Shown here piece after piece: positions 26,587-41,770 of a stretch of DNA of 64,000 nt (position 1 is its first letter; every line of letters begins with the position of its first letter). The notes beneath the pieces are model-generated. The model saw only the letters and a program-made list of their open reading frames with translations, ran no database searches and had not been told where the DNA came from. A program made the translations under genes and the position numbers. The DNA lies in NCBI GenBank assembly GCA_023213395.1, contig CM041465.1:86001741-86065740 (forward strand). The letters are read 5' to 3'. Source of the stretch: Cycas panzhihuaensis. Its lineage: Eukaryota > Plantae > Cycadophyta.

Positions 26587-29500
26587 TATTGATAAATATT
26601 CAACAAATCAAGAAAATAAGCAAGACATATGATCATGTAATGGTATAAGTAAATTCACCACACTGCAGGCTCTCTCTTGGGCAGAGCTTCCATATTAATC
26701 AAAATCCAATATATGAAGTACAAATGTATGGGGCAATATTTATAGCCATATGCGAAGATTACAAGAGGTGGACTCGACATCACTATCTAATATGGTTAAA
26801 TTACATCAAGGGTCTATTAATATATTATAAACATGAATTGACATAAATGAGAAGAAATAGAGGAGGTATTACAATGTTTTAACACCCTCCCTTAATAGCA
26901 ACTTCATTTCTTCAAATGTTGAGATTAAATCTAAACCGTTCAAACTTTAGTTTACCAAGTGCTTTAGTGAAGATGTCTGCGACCTGGTCTTCAGTAGGAT
27001 AGTGGATGAGATCAGCTTCTCCATTTTGGATATGCTTATAGATGAAGTGATGGTGGACCTCCTGCTGTTTCAAACCTCTTGTAATAAGGCAAGCTTTATG
27101 ATGCTTTACAGTACCATCTATATGGAACTTTGTCTTATATAACCATCTACAGTCAATTACTTTCTTCCTAGGTGACAATTCAGTTAGCTCCTAAGTGTCA
27201 TTTTTTAAGATAGAATTCATATCTTCATCCATAGTTAGTTTCTACATTTGGTCTTTGATTACCCCCTTAAATGTAGAAGGCTAAAAAGTTTCAAGGACAC
27301 ATGTCATGAGGGCAAAATTTATAGTGTCTCATCTTGGAAGGCCTCTTTATAGCTATGGGAGGAGGAGGAGCACCCTTTAAAAGCTGTTGTACCCACTTAG
27401 GAGGTGGCTGGAAGCTAGTGGCTTCTACCTAAAGGTCATCAATTAAAATATGAGGTAAATTTGTACTTACTTGAGTGGATGACAAAGAAGCTATTAGAAC
27501 TGATGATGGACTAGGAGTGTAGGAGTAAGCTAGTACAGGTGGTTCCAAAGTTTATCCAAGGGTCACTTGTGTCACACCAACTTCATCTTTTGCTACAATA
27601 TGATGTGGAGGAGGTGTTAATACCTGTGCTTCTTCTGCAAAGATTACATCCCATGTCATGTAAGCTTGGTTACCAATTGTATCAAAGACTTTATAAGCTT
27701 TGCAACTAGGTACATAGCCAAGGAGGATGTACCTAAGGCTATTGTCATCAAGTTTCCTCCTTTTATCCTTTGGGATATGTTTGTATGATGTGCATCGAGC
27801 TACAGATGGTTTATGACCTGACCAAGCTTCTTCAAGAGTAATGTTCCTAATCGTAATTGTAGGATCTATGTTGGTTAGGTAAGCAGTCGTGGCAATGGTA
27901 TCAGCCCAAAATCTAGTGGCAAGGTTGGACACGCTAAGCATGGCTTTTCCTTTATTGATCAAAGACTAATTCATCCTTTCAGCTACACCATTCTATTGAG
28001 GTATGTGAGGAGTAGAAAATTGACGTTGGATGCCATGTTCTTTGCAAAAGTTATTAAGCTGATTTGAAATGTACTCACTACCATTATCAAATATAAGGGT
28101 CTTAATTCTCATCCCAGTTTTATTTTTAGCAGTAGCTTTGAACTCTTTAAATCTATCTAGGGCTTGATATTTATTTCTCAAGAAGTAGACCCATACTTTT
28201 CTTGAGAAGTCATCTATAAAGGTAATGAAATACCAACTACCATTGAGAGATTGGCTGGACATAGGGCCACAAATATTAGAATGTACCAACTCTAATGGTT
28301 GTGAAGCTCTTTAAGCATTCTTAGAAGGAAATTTTTCTCTTTACTACTTTCCCTTTAGGCATGCCTCATATATGTTCTGATATCTCTTGATTTTTGGTAG
28401 GTCATATACTATTTTAACCTAGACATGAGATTCGAGCTTTACATATTTAAATGACCTAAGTATTGACGCCATAAGTGGTTTTTGGATCTATTTGTGGTCA
28501 CTTTATCCTTTAAGTGGAAGCATTCTCCTAGTTCATGTATGCAAGGGAACTCTTCCTTAATTATATCCTTCTCCTTATCACATTGAGTTGTGTTGGCCAT
28601 TAAGCAGGATTCATGTTGAGGAATAGTGGCAAGAGGGACTCCATCTAACCTATATAAGCCACCATCTTCATGTCTCATGGCCACAAGTTTATCTGTAGCA
28701 TGGTCTATAATTCTATAAATGCCCCAGCTAAAGAGGACATCTAAGGTTTGCTTATCCATTTAATTGATTGAAAGCAAGTTCATCTTCATACTAAGTATAA
28801 GGAACACATTACTGATATAGTGTCTAATATTAGAGTTCTTCAATGTGATTGGTGCCCTACCAATTTTGGTCATATTGTAAGTCATGTTATCCAGAAATGT
28901 GATTGTTTGAGTGTTGATTAGTTGGGTCTTTGCCAACATTTTTTTAGAACCTGTCATGTATCTTATTACACCAGAATCAAGAAGCCATGTGGTCTCATCA
29001 AGCTAAGAGGACAATGCTACAAAAAATAGGTTATGGGAGGAGGAGTCTTGACCATATTCTATATTACCACCTTGTTGTTGATTGTATTATTGGTTCCTTT
29101 TATTCTTGTTTGAGAATCATTACCTATTTTGAGGTCTTTGACCTTGTGTAGGCCTTGGATTACGATTATACTGGTAGAATTGGCCTTGAGGTTGATATGA
29201 TGGCCCCTATTATGGGTAGAAAATGCCTCCTTGTTGTGGAAAAGGGACTCCTTGAGGAGGGTATGGTCCTCTTTATTGATAAGAAGCTCCTTGTTTTTGT
29301 TGATTATAAATAGGGCCTCCTTGATGCTATGAAGGTGCTTCTTGTTAATAATTGGGGGGTGGTTGTTGATAGACTAGTCCTTATATTTGGCTCCCTTGGT
29401 CTTGCAAGAGTTGTAAATCAACTTATCTTCTACTGCATTCAACATCTAGGTGTCCAAATTTTCCATAGTAGAGACAAGTTATGTTTAGTTTACCTTACTG

Positions 29501-30370
29501 ATTCTTTTGAGACTTTCCCTGTGGTTGATGCTATAATTATTGAAGCTGCGGATTTGGACAAGAGGAAGAAGAGATGCCAATAAGATGTTGCTGAGTTGGC
29601 TACTGATACAACTATTATGATATAAAGAGAAAGTTCAAGAGTTAAGCTAGGTCTTATTCTTGATTAAGATGTTGGGCTACTCTATTAATAGTCTTATATT
29701 TTTCTGAGTTTAAGGCTGTAAAAGCAGGAGCTGAGTCAAATATTGATGTCATCCCTAGTTGATTGAGAATATTTTCCTCTCGAAGCAAGAGCGCCTCAAA
29801 GGTTATAAATTCTATCTTAGAGTAGTTATCATATAACTTAGAGACAAAGGAGTTGTATTTAATAGGTAAAATGTTTATAATACTTGAGATTAGATCATGG
29901 TCAGAAGGTGGTACACCAAGGATAATTAATTAGTTTCTAATGGTTTTGACTTCGGTCAAATGATTTGTAATGTTTTTGGTAAAAGCCACGGTAAATAGGC
30001 AAGCCTTAAAAGTAAGGGGCTTAGATTCGTCCTTCCTCTCATAGAGGGAACAAAGTATGGTCCAAGCTTCATTTGAATATTGTGTTGTTTCAATGTTTTG
30101 ATCCACTTGGTCTTCAACCACCAAGTGGAGGAAGGATAATGCTATGTTATCTTTAGCTTTAAAGTTGGCTAAAGCTACAAGATCTGGTGGAAACGTTTTA
30201 GTGGGATCATTTAGATCTTGAGTGGGCTTAGGCATGGTATGTCCCCATTGACATAAGCCCAATATTCATTCATAATAAGTAAGTTTTTAACTTACTTTTT
30301 CCAATGTATAAAGTTATTAATACCGTTAAGTTTGATGTTGTTGGAAAGAAGCATTTATAATGCCAGGTTT
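26587..30370 (-). mobile_element. Copia element with internal RT/RNase H deletion; 5' LTR not identified
   Basis: LTR at about 26587-26884 then PPT complement ccctccctt. gag (29930-30262; CLYYGKFGHLDVEC knuckle), PR WLLDSG near 28980, INT VHSNICGPM..FIDDFSRKVWVYFL (27993-28289), fused RT/RNase H ORF 26912-27178. Confidence 0.9.
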
Positions 30371-33299
30371 GAAAGTTTTTTTTTTTTTTTAATGTTTGCA
30401 ATTTTTTGTGTTATGAGGTACTAATCTACCTAAGTGGCTTCTAATATAGAATTCTAAGGCAAAGGGTTTCCAAGAAAGCTCTCAGTTACTATCCTATCTA
30501 ATGGCACCTACCCATAAGTGGCAAGCTAGGGACCTGATATAACGATATGTGAGCTCAAGGGCTCGATATATCTCATTATGTAGGCTGCTAAGAAGGTCCT
30601 AAGACCCCCCTAATTTGTTTCCTCACTTGCGTCAGTCTTATGCTAAATGACAGATCTAGCATTGAGAACTTGCTAACCAAGGCACTCACCCCCCTAGGTC
30701 TAGCATGGTCTCCAAACTCTAAAAGATAGGGTCTCCTCCTTAGCCTGCTACATATTACGCCTTATAGCCAATGATGTTCCTCATCCAATATGAGTAGGTC
30801 AAGGGCGTATACGTGGTGGTAACTTTAGGGGTCCTCACCATTCATCTTTCAAGGCTGGAAATGTGGATTTAATTAAGAAGTTATCTTTTCAATATGAAAA
30901 TTTAATTTTTTTAAGTGAGTTTCTTACATACAAGAGGTTCTTTTTAATGCAATAAATGAAATTAAAAAACCATAAAGCAAATTAAAATGACAAGGATAGG
31001 TTTAGAATGCTCTTGATGGGCTAAGCTTTAAGAGTTAACTTCTTCAACCTTGCAAGAGTAACACCTACACATGAGACATTACCAAGCAATTATTAGCCTT
31101 AGAAATCAGAATTGAACAGCTGAAAATGATAAGCCACAACCTAATTTAGCAAAAGAACCTCAAGAAAATTGAAAAATGCCTTCAAATCTTAAAAAATAAA
31201 GCTCAAATAGCTTGAACATAAAGGTCAACTTGAGTAGCAAATATCTCCCTCAAATCAACTCTAAATCTGGCTAAATTTGATTCCAAATTAGAGAGAGGTA
31301 TATTTAGTCACAAAAAATCATCAAAATAGCACCAAACCAAAGGGAAAAGTAATGGAAAAGACCTTACCAAAGAGATGAAGCCTGAAGTAAAGAGTTATAA
31401 CAAATCAAGTACCTTAAAAAGTAGTAACAAGTTCAATTCAAATAGTATACAAGAAATAATCAAAGCTCCATGTCTTTTTCTCTTTACTCCTATTTTCTTT
31501 TCTCAAAGATAAGGATCAAAAACCATAAAGAAAGCTCTTAAACTTTTAAGAAAATTTCTCTTGAAAGCATACCATCAAGCTCACACATTCGAATGAATGC
31601 TCTCTCTAGGATTTCTGAGGGTTCTAGGCATGAGTGGAGTAGGTTTATATTAAATTTGGATGACAACATGTAAAATTGGCATGTTATTTAAAAAATTTAC
31701 ATGTATAACAGTCAGAAACATGAGTGGTCACATTTTACTAATAATAAAAAATATAATTTTCTTAATAAAATGCGATCAATATCATTTTTAGTAGAACAAA
31801 AAATGCAATGAAATATAAGATAAAATTTGATAATTCAAGAGTCAAAATTAAAATTTTATCAAGAAAATTTAAGTATAAATAACTTCATCAATGTAAAAAA
31901 GCAACGTAGGAAAGGTGAAAACTTAAGTATAAGCCTAGTAATCATAAAAAAGTGATAACTTAAAGATGAACATTGAGAGAAAAAGAATGAAATAAGGAAA
32001 CATTTCAAGGAGAAAAAAGTGAGTTCGAATGATTATAAACGTGAAATTATATTTCTATAGTTTTCACTCATTGGCAAGTAAAAGCATAATAATACAATTG
32101 TCATCATCTAATATAAATCACCCATAAAACTAATACCACATTTAACCTAAACATGATCTAACACAACATAGAATAATCTTCCAATTAATCAGATTGAAAG
32201 TAAATTAAGCAAGATACTTGTTGAAGATCAATTAAGGGCCAAGTTTTGGTGAAACATTCTCCATCCTAGAATAGGTAAACTTCTTGTTATTTATCCTCTA
32301 TGGTGCATGGGTTAAAGTTAGTGCCTACAAGCTACTCTGCATGAACACCTCTACACGGCTATAGAGATTATGTGGATGGTCTTTCCTTTATAGGTAGTAC
32401 CTTGAGATATTAGGTTGATCTATATTAATGACATAAAATCTTATAATAGGGTCTGTAGAGCTAAACACTCCTTTGTCAGTGTTTGGTAGGTTTTTTTCAC
32501 ACCTTGTAGTTTTTGAGATAAATATCCCTATATATGACTTTGGAATTTGCTATACTCCACTAATCCAAGCTAAGAGCATCCATAAATTTGTTATCATGAG
32601 AACCACTACATTAACAATAGTCTATATTACTTGTAATACAATGATCGCTCCAAGTAGCAAAAAGGACATCTAAACATAGCACACCTGATAATCTATATAA
32701 CCCAACTCCTATGGTTTATTTTCAATAGTAAATAACTAGGCTCCTAGTAGTTGTCACCTAGTCCACTAAGTCAAGTCTAGTCCTCTTTATAAAAAAAATA
32801 AAAAGGGCGATAAGAAAGGGCTATAACTTCACTAATTCTTCTCAGATTTGAACAAGGCCTACATTATTAGACTCATAATAAAAAGGAAAAGTCCAAAACC
32901 TAAAAATTGACCTGATCAATTTATACATCTTATTTTAATCAGTATCTCGTGATGATCAAAGCCTACTAGGTCAATTTTAACCATTAGTTTTAAGGAAAAC
33001 TAGCCTATAGGCACCCTATGGATCCCACTAATCAAAATTTTTACTTTCTACCTACCTACATCATTTTGAAGAACTCATTGTACTTATTTGTGAGCACTAG
33101 GTGATTTTCTTACATAATTTTTGAGGTTAATCGCCTATAGATAGCCGACACCCTCCCCTCTCTCTACCCCTTTTATATATCCATTCTCTTTTAATGCCTA
33201 GTCTTTTTATCTCTCCCACTTCTTGTATTTCCTTCTTCTCACTCTTTACCAACTTATCAAGATCTCTTTCATAGTGAGTTAATTTAAATACCTATCTAT

Positions 33300-36200
33300 T
33301 ATGGAAACTCAAGTCAAAAATATGTAGAATAACAACCATGATGACATCAAACCTTATAAACCTCACCAAGTAGGTCATAAAACTTAGCTTTCAATTCACA
33401 TCTATCAACACTTAATCTATCAACACTTAACTCTCCAACTATCTCTCAGTGGAAAGCTCTAACTCATCTAGCATGTCATAATGTGGAGCATCCAAGGGAG
33501 GAAACCCACCTCCCTAAGTTACATGACAACCTATGTTCTATTATAAGATCAATATACTAGTCTTTGACCTCAATCTTAATAAGGATACAACTTGCAAATA
33601 GATTAGTAAATTGGACTCTTATTTTGCACTCAACCCTATGTCTGTAGTACCAACCTCTTATTTTAACCAACTAATGTGACTCCTACCAACCATGATAGTC
33701 AAGGCTTATACCAATGAGTTCCAAGTAATTTAGACTCAGGTCATTCAATACCTAGATAATAATACATTGGTTGAAACCTACCTAGCTAGTCTTTCTAAAT
33801 GAATCTAAATGAGGTTGAAGACTAATTAGCCTCCCAACCTTTAAGATGTCATCAATCATGCTAAAGCCATTAGAGCTAAGTTTATAATAGAGAGAGTATT
33901 TGGAGTTAAACATGACACATCATGGTTCCCTCACCAAAGGCCCATGAAACCCTACTAACCTCCAAGGACCTAAGTAAAAGAACCTCCTCAATAAGTAATA
34001 GACCACCTAATTTCTTGTCATAAAACAACCTTCAACACAAATGTTGATTCCTTTCTTTGAGGTACATAAGTGTTGAGAAGTCAGTCTCTATTTATAATAT
34101 GCAAAAAATTGGTTCCTGAGATATAATTATATCTGTAATACTAAATGAGTTATCTTTACTATTAACCCTAACTCTGACTCTAATGATGGATCTCAAGAAG
34201 ATCCAATAGTGGAACATTCCTTACCTATAGACCCTAAGCCCAAAAAAATCTAATCTTCCATTTCCTCTTCTGTATGCCTCGATTCATTATGTGTAAGAGG
34301 GACCTTAAGAAAAATCCCCATGATAATTTTGATAGACGATGACACATCTTTATACTTCATCAATATTACTATAGCTAGATAACTCAATCTTTATATTGAA
34401 CTACAATTAGGGTTTAATTATTCTCTCCTCAACCACTACTCTCTCCATTATGTAGGTGTCATTCATAACCTTTAAGTCCAAATTAGTACTTATCAACTCA
34501 AGTTAAAATTTTATGTTATATCCATTAGAGGATCTAATTGCATATTAGGGGTCTAATAGCTCTAAATATTAGGCACCCATAGTATGAATAACACCCTTAA
34601 GAACCCATTTATCACGTTGAAATACCATTATAGCCAAACCTATAAACTCTTTGACATCTAATCCTTATCTAACAAACTTATCTCCCTCAAATAAATGAGT
34701 AAGAAGCTCGATGGGAGCATCAAATGTATTATCCATATTGACAACATTCAACTACAATTTAAAGTCAACTCATACATCCACTCTATTCTCACTAAATACC
34801 AATCTATTTTATCCCCCCTACCTAGTGGCCCTCCTCTAAATCATGCATTTTACCATACCATCGACCTCAAAACCCCTCACAACTCGATCAACCTATGCCT
34901 ATATCAAAACTCTTACTTCCAAAAGAATGAGATCAAGTGCATCACCAATGAACTAATAGATATTAGTATTATACAATCCAACAAAGGCTCTTATGTAACC
35001 CCCATCATACTAGTATAGAAAAAATATGAGTCATTATATCTTAGCGTTGACTATAGGGAGCTTAACAAATTAATAGTAATAATAAGTTACCCACCCCCTG
35101 AATTAGCAATATGTTAGATGAAATCCATGGGGTTACAATATTTTCCAAATTAGAATTATAATCTAACTACCCCTGAGGATAGGCACACAATTATTTTTTA
35201 TACTTATCATGGCTATTTTAAATTCCAAGTTATACTATTTGGGCTATGCAATGCTTTGGCCACCTTTTAATATTTAATGAATAAAAAATTTGATCCCTAC
35301 TTTTATAAGTTTATTATTATCTTCTTCGATGACATATTAGTTTATAGCACCAATAAGCTGCTACGCCTCCAACATTTAGAAACTACCCTTTAGGTCTTGG
35401 GCCAAAACTAGTTACATGCAAAGATGTCAAAGTGTAAATTTAGAAAAACCAAATTGTAATACTTAGGCTACATCAAATATGTTGCTAGCATACAAGTTGT
35501 CCCCAATAAAACATTAGTCATCCCAAAGACCATCCTAATTACAGACCATCCTTGGCCTAATAGTTTTCTATCATCACTATGTTAAAAACTATGTATCCAT
35601 AGTTATCTTTTTGATGAACTTACTCCATAAGGACTCCTTTTAGTGGTCATTGAGTGCTGAGGATGCCTTCAACCTTCTAAAAGTACTCATGACAACCATA
35701 CCTATACTCGCCACCCCTAACTTCTCCTAACTATGTAATTAGAATGCAATACGTCCATTGTAGGGCTAAGGGCTATCCTTATGCAAAACTTTCATCCCAT
35801 TACATTTGAAAGTCAGAAAATCAAAGTCCATGAGTGTCTACTTTCTACTTACTAAAAAGAAATGAGGGCCATCATACATGTAGTCAACAAGTGGTACTAA
35901 TATGTACTTGGCTTGAAGTTCACCATCTTAACAAACCATCATAGTCTCTATTGCTTACTTGATCAATTGGTTTTATCAAAAGAACAAGATAAATGGGTTG
36001 ATCGATTATAGGTTTTTGAGTTTTCTGTTTTGCATAAAAAGGACAAGGATAATGTCATTATAAATACCCTTTCCTAACACCTTGCTAAATTGTCAATCCA
36101 AGCCATCTTTATGCCTAAACCTTCCTGGCTCCATAATTTAGTTGAGTATAATAAAGCTTAACATAACCTTGCCATCTAGGCTAATAAGCTTGATAGTAAA

Positions 36201-37543
36201 AAATATTAGAGCCTACATAGTAACTACCTTCTATATCATAACTACATATTTATACACCCTGCTTTCCCATTTATTACCTACATCTTAGCTAAATATCATA
36301 ATACCCCTCTTGGAGGTGTCTTAGGATTTGGCAAAACCTATTGTTATATTTGGTTTAATTTCTACTAGCCTTATATGAAATCTATCATCCTCATATACAA
36401 CTCTAAATATGATACCTACTAATATAATAAGGTAGACACCAAAGTCCAACTCAACCTACTTTAACCCCTAAAAATTCCTTAGGGTAAATAACAAGACATT
36501 TCCATGGACTTCATCATAGGACTCCCATTATCGGTTGGGTATGACTATGTTTGGGTTATCATTGATCACTTAAGTAAATATGCCTACTTCCTTCCTATCC
36601 ACACTACTTACAAAGGCCCCTGTTTGGCCAAACTCTACATCCAATTCATCTTTTGCCTCCATGGATTTCCATATACCATCGTATCTAATAAAGATCCCAA
36701 ATTAATGAGCTTATTTTGGTAAGAACTCTTTTATATATTAAGAATATCTGTCTATATAATCTCATCTTATCACCCCCAAATAGATGGGTAATCTGAAATC
36801 CTTAATAAAACTTTAGAGATGTACCTCTATTGCTTTACCTTAAAACACCAATATTGATGGACTTCTTAGTTAGCCTTAGTGTAATATTCGTATAACTTGT
36901 CCCATCACTTTGTAATTGGCATGACTCCATTTATGGCTCTCTATGGGTATCCCATGCAATCCCATCATATATTGGCTACTAATTTTTATACTATTGGAAT
37001 ACAATAAATACTATAGGACATGGATAAAATTCTCCATAGCCTTATACAAAACCTAGCCTCCACACAAAATCAATTGAACCAACTTATAGATTGCCACCAC
37101 TATGATCAATCATTTAAAGTGGGTGGCTTGGTTTCTTTTTACCTCCAACCTTACAAGCAATAATCTCTCTATCATGCTAAGTCTCATAAGTTAAATCCTC
37201 AATATTACAGTCCTTATAAAATTACTTAACACATTGGTATAACTACTTATGCCCTTGCCCTTCTCCTTGAGACCAAAATCTATAATGTCTTTTATGTATC
37301 TTGCCTAAAAAAATACTTAGGGAAGTCCATTACACCCCAAACATCCCTTCTTACTCTCTAATAAGAGGAAATCCTTATAGTTCCCCCCCATATGTATTCC
37401 AAACATCTAACACCACCATCTCTAGAATATAACTACTCCTGAATACCTAGTATAATGGGTCAGTTGTACACTTAAACAAGTCACATAGAAATCTAATGAC
37501 TTTATCAAGTAACATCCATATCTTTTGTGCTTTAAGGACTTAG
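33300..37543 (+). mobile_element. Ty3/Gypsy chromovirus gag-pol (host of the nest), heavily decayed
   Basis: RT IIFFDDILVYS near 35315-35348, RNase H near 35740-36080, INT MDFIIGLPLSVGYDYVWVIIDHLSKYAYFLP (36504), chromodomain EYLV*W...VT(W) at 37441-37495. Continues at 57294. Confidence 0.88.
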
Positions 37544-38310
37544 TGAAAAGAGTGGATATATCCTTCATCTCCATGCACTAAACACAAAGGCAAACATGGG
37601 AGCAAGAGAGATTTGAGAGAAAGAAACTAGCTCTCACAAAATGAGGAGGTAAGAATGAGCCTCCTCCATTGAGTTTTTACTTTTATATTGAAAGAGGGAG
37701 AATTAAAGTTAGGTTAAATAAAATTACACATAATGCATATAAAAGTGCATTTCACTTAAGTGATCTAATTTAAAGTTCACTTAAGACCCTTTTTAGAAAT
37801 AATCAACTAATGTAATGACCTTGTGACATTAACCCTTTTCAATCTCCCCCTTAATGGTAGAAGGTCATTTCATCCTATTTTATTCTATCCTATGAGGTCT
37901 TCATTTGAGCCTCTTATAAAGCAAACTAATATGACACTTTTGTGGGAAACCCTCATGGGGATGAAAACCCATAAATTTTCTAATCTAGTAACCTAACTTA
38001 GGTAACTCATTAAATGAAGCCAAATAGCCAATCGGTATAATGAATTTTATAGTTGAAATCTACTGAGTCTCCATATACCATTTGGTCATCCCCGATGCCC
38101 TTTTAGGTTTTTACAAGTTCTGATTTTTCAAAATGATACAACCCTTATCCTTTAACACCCACAAGGGGTTTTCATGAATGGGATAGAGTAGATACTTACT
38201 CTTATCCTTCTACACCTACAAGGGGTTTTCACAAATGAGATAGAGTATGATGGTCCTATTGTTATCTCCTTTAATCAATCAGAGATGGAGGCCCTAAGGC
38301 CGAGTTGCTT

Positions 38311-39529
38311 TCAAAATTGTTCAAACTTCACCCTCTTTAGTGGTTTGGTAAAGATATCGGCCACTTGATCTACTGTGGGGTAGTACTCCAATTGAATTAT
38401 ACCATCATAAACTAGTTCTCTAATCCTATGAACTTTTGTACTTATATATTTGGTACGATCATGAAATACAAGATTTTTAGCCATTTGGATTGTAGATTGA
38501 TTATCTACATGTAAGCTAGTAGAACTTGTTTGGGTGGCATTTAATGTATTCAATAATTTTCTAAGCCACATCACCTCCTTGCTTGTCTCAGAAGTAGTAA
38601 TATACTCAGCTTTGATGATTGAGTCTATAACTATCTTCTGCCGTCTAGATCTCCATGATATTGGTGTTGTTCTAAGAAATGTTACGTACCCAGACATAGA
38701 TCTTCCTATGTCTTTATCTTCAGTAAAGTTTAAGTCTATGTATACATAAAGTTTAAATTCTGTATTGGGTTCATACAACAGACCATATTTGTTGGTCGTC
38801 TTTAGGTATCTCAACACATGTATTGCAGCTTGCCAATTATTCTGCTTAGGATTTGTCATGAATCTTGTAAGAATGCCAACAAAGTATGCAATATCTGGCC
38901 TTATGTTGGTAGTATAGATGAGACTACCTACAAGTTGCCTATAGAGTGTTGCATCTGCCTCCCTCCCTAATGTCACCATCAGGTGAGAGTTTAATATTAG
39001 GCTCCATAGGTGTATCCACTGGTCGAGCACCTTCCAACTGAAACTTTGTTAGAAGATCGTTGATATATTTTTCTTGGGAGAGAAAGATTTTGCTATTCTT
39101 TTGAGTTACCTCAATTCCCAAGTAATATTTCATCAACCCGAGGTCAGACAATTCAAAAGTTTTAGCAAGATCCTTCTTCAGCTGGCTGATTACCTATTCA
39201 TTATTCCCCATTATTAACATGTTATCCACAAAGATTAAGAGGTAAGTGACTTTATCATTTTGGTGCTTGATGAATAATGTTACATGAATATCTTAATAGT
39301 CACAAACCTCATATCTAAGTTACCTCATTCTTTTAGACAACTTGGTAAACCAAGCACGAGTTACTTGCTTTAGGCTATACAAGGACTTTTTGAGCCTGCA
39401 AACCTTATGCTCCTGACTAACAATCTCATATCATTATGGCTAAGCCATGTAAATTTCTTCTTTAAGGTCCCCATTGAGAAATACGGTCTTAACATCGAGT
39501 TGGTGGATTTTCCAACCCTATTGAGTAGC
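38311..39529 (-). pseudogene. Copia RT C-terminal half and RNase H
   Basis: IHQLDVKTVFLNGDLKEEIYM, SDLGLMKYYLGIEV, YRQLVGSLIY..RPDIAY, DQVADIFTKPL. Confidence 0.92.
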
Positions 39530-41770
39530 TGGACGCATGTCTATGGGATAGCTACCTAACTAAATAGAAATGGTAAGAGCAGTCGGTAATATGATCAAGA
39601 AAGAGACCTATAAGTAGGGTAAGTACCACGCAGGGCACCCCGTGCACCGGAGCGCGAGTTCAGGACCTGCAATGGAATATAGCTACCAAAGGATGATCCC
39701 CCCACTTCGAATAAGAGGTGAGGAGGCATAGGGTTAGCCTGGGTTAACCTAAGGGAAGGATCCTTCCACCCTTGGATGGCCAGAAGGGGAAGGAGAGGAA
39801 CCTTCGAGGGTTTCCCTAGAGCAACGGGAAATAAAGAAGGATAGGCAAGTAGGTGGCCTATGGACGGGGTCACCTTGGCTATCCGGCAAAGTGGGGAACC
39901 AAGGGAAAGTAAGAGGGATGACCCAAGGAGGCAGGTCAAGGTATGCCTAAGCACACTAACCAAATACACAAATAATAAGGAGAGAATGAAGCTTGCATGG
40001 CAAAAGGAAGGAAAAGGTGAGAGGGAGGGTTTCCTAAGACCTTTTCCTACGGCTAAAGGAGATGCAAACAGTAAAGTAAATAAAGTATAAACCAAAAGCA
40101 AGGTGGATTTTCTTTCTCTTTCCAATGAGTTAATTACTACTTATGTAAAGGAAATTCAAAAGGAAAAGGTGATAGAGTGAAGCGAAAGCATGTACCCGGA
40201 ATGGAAGTGTGTCATAATGATGGCGCTCCCAAGACACACCCAAAGCTACTCACAAGGCGTGGCGGTCGTGAAGCATCGCAGCGGATCAGAATGAGGGGCT
40301 CCCTTACCTTCCCCGAAAAAATACTAAAGTACAAAACAAAGGAAAGAAAGGGACCAAGTACTAGTAATAAATGAAGTATGAAAAATACAACATGAATGGA
40401 TATGCTTACCGGCAAAGGGACAAATGGAGGAAGGTCCTTTGCGCTTTCTGAACACCTGCAAGTAAACGACAAACTCCCCCATTTTCTGGAGAAAGGGTAC
40501 TAACATGCAATGGCAAGATCCTAATAATACATGTCTATGTAAAACAAATATAAACTTAAACACGTATATGTTAGCATCAACACAATGATGATAATATATA
40601 AAGGAGGACAACCAAAGTAAATGGAAAGTAACCGGTAAGCCTCAGAGTGGACCACCTCCCGCAAAGAACAACCCCAACCTCCCCCAAAAGGCACAAGGCA
40701 ACGAGGGTAAGGCTAAGAAAGATGGCTAGAAACAGTAGCAAGAGAGTTGAAAGGAGCCAAAGAGGACCTATGACAAGTCAGGATGCTATGAAGAGCAAAC
40801 CGGGCTGCCAGGAAAAGAGTTGGGCAAAGAACAAGCGGTCGGGACTTACGTGAGTTGCCCAGACCTAAGCATAAGCCCTCAAACCAGTGCTGCAACATGT
40901 GACAGTGTTGATTTCAGCGTCTAAGGGAGGCCCAACAAACCCTTGTTTGAGTGCCAAGGACAGCACAGGGCAAAAGGGAAGGTTTGAGGGGCTAAATACC
41001 GCTTGAGGAGCGTGGAAGGTGGTACGGAATCCACCCAGCTCTCTCCCAAACCCTATGCAACCCCTCTTTGCCGTTGCCTTGAGCAACAAACGCAGGCAAA
41101 GAGGCACTAATAACAGGAGTAAAACAACCCAATACAAAAGGGAAAACAACCTTCACAAACCCATGCAAGAGGACAAGCAAGATAGGGCATTAATTGAATA
41201 AGAAAAAACTCAAATCAATGAATACTTGAGAAGAGGAGGAGAGGCTCTTGCCTTAGTCAAGGGCTGGTAAGGAGAGGCTGAGAAATCAGCCCAAAAACTG
41301 TGGTATAGTAGGTTTAGAACCCTGCTAATGGAGTTGGAGGAAGAACACCTGCACTTGGAACACTTGATAGCTGCCTGGGCAAGAATCCACTGAGATCTCT
41401 CCAAAGGGGCCCTCTCCAAGGTATGTGAAGGGCTGGGAAGATGTCCTAGCCGTACCAAAAGAGAGCTAGGCACTGGAGGAGAGGTGTAGGTCCTATAGCA
41501 GTAGTAGAGTAGCAGAGAATAGCAGAGCACAAGGTGGTTTCCTTGAGGAGCAATCTAAAAAGTGAGCAAAAAGTCCTCAAAAATGAGTAAATGATGACTT
41601 AAATACCCAACCCAAACCCTAAAGCGAGCGATTAGGGCATAGTTGGCAGTGATTTAAGTCATGAGACGTGGCAGTTTCATAATAAATGCGAAATTGCCAT
41701 GGCAGATTTTAAAAAATAAAACTAGACCCGGCTAGCCAGTCTAGGCTGTGGGCAAATAACAAAAAGGGCT
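39530..41770 (-). repeat. 3' LTR of the Tat-like element (outer U3 part missing)
   Basis: Colinear with 51422-53745; similarity stops near 41770. Confidence 0.9.

Noticed and set aside
32285-32681. Possible 5' LTR of the chromovirus (tgttatttatcctctatggtg resembles the start of the 57313 LTR)
   Set aside because: Similarity is limited to ~20 bp and no PBS follows; cannot be supported without alignment.
39595-41530. Many 60-176 aa ORFs repeated at 51631-53464
   Set aside because: They are paired only because they lie in the two LTRs; stops differ between copies and no domain is recognisable.
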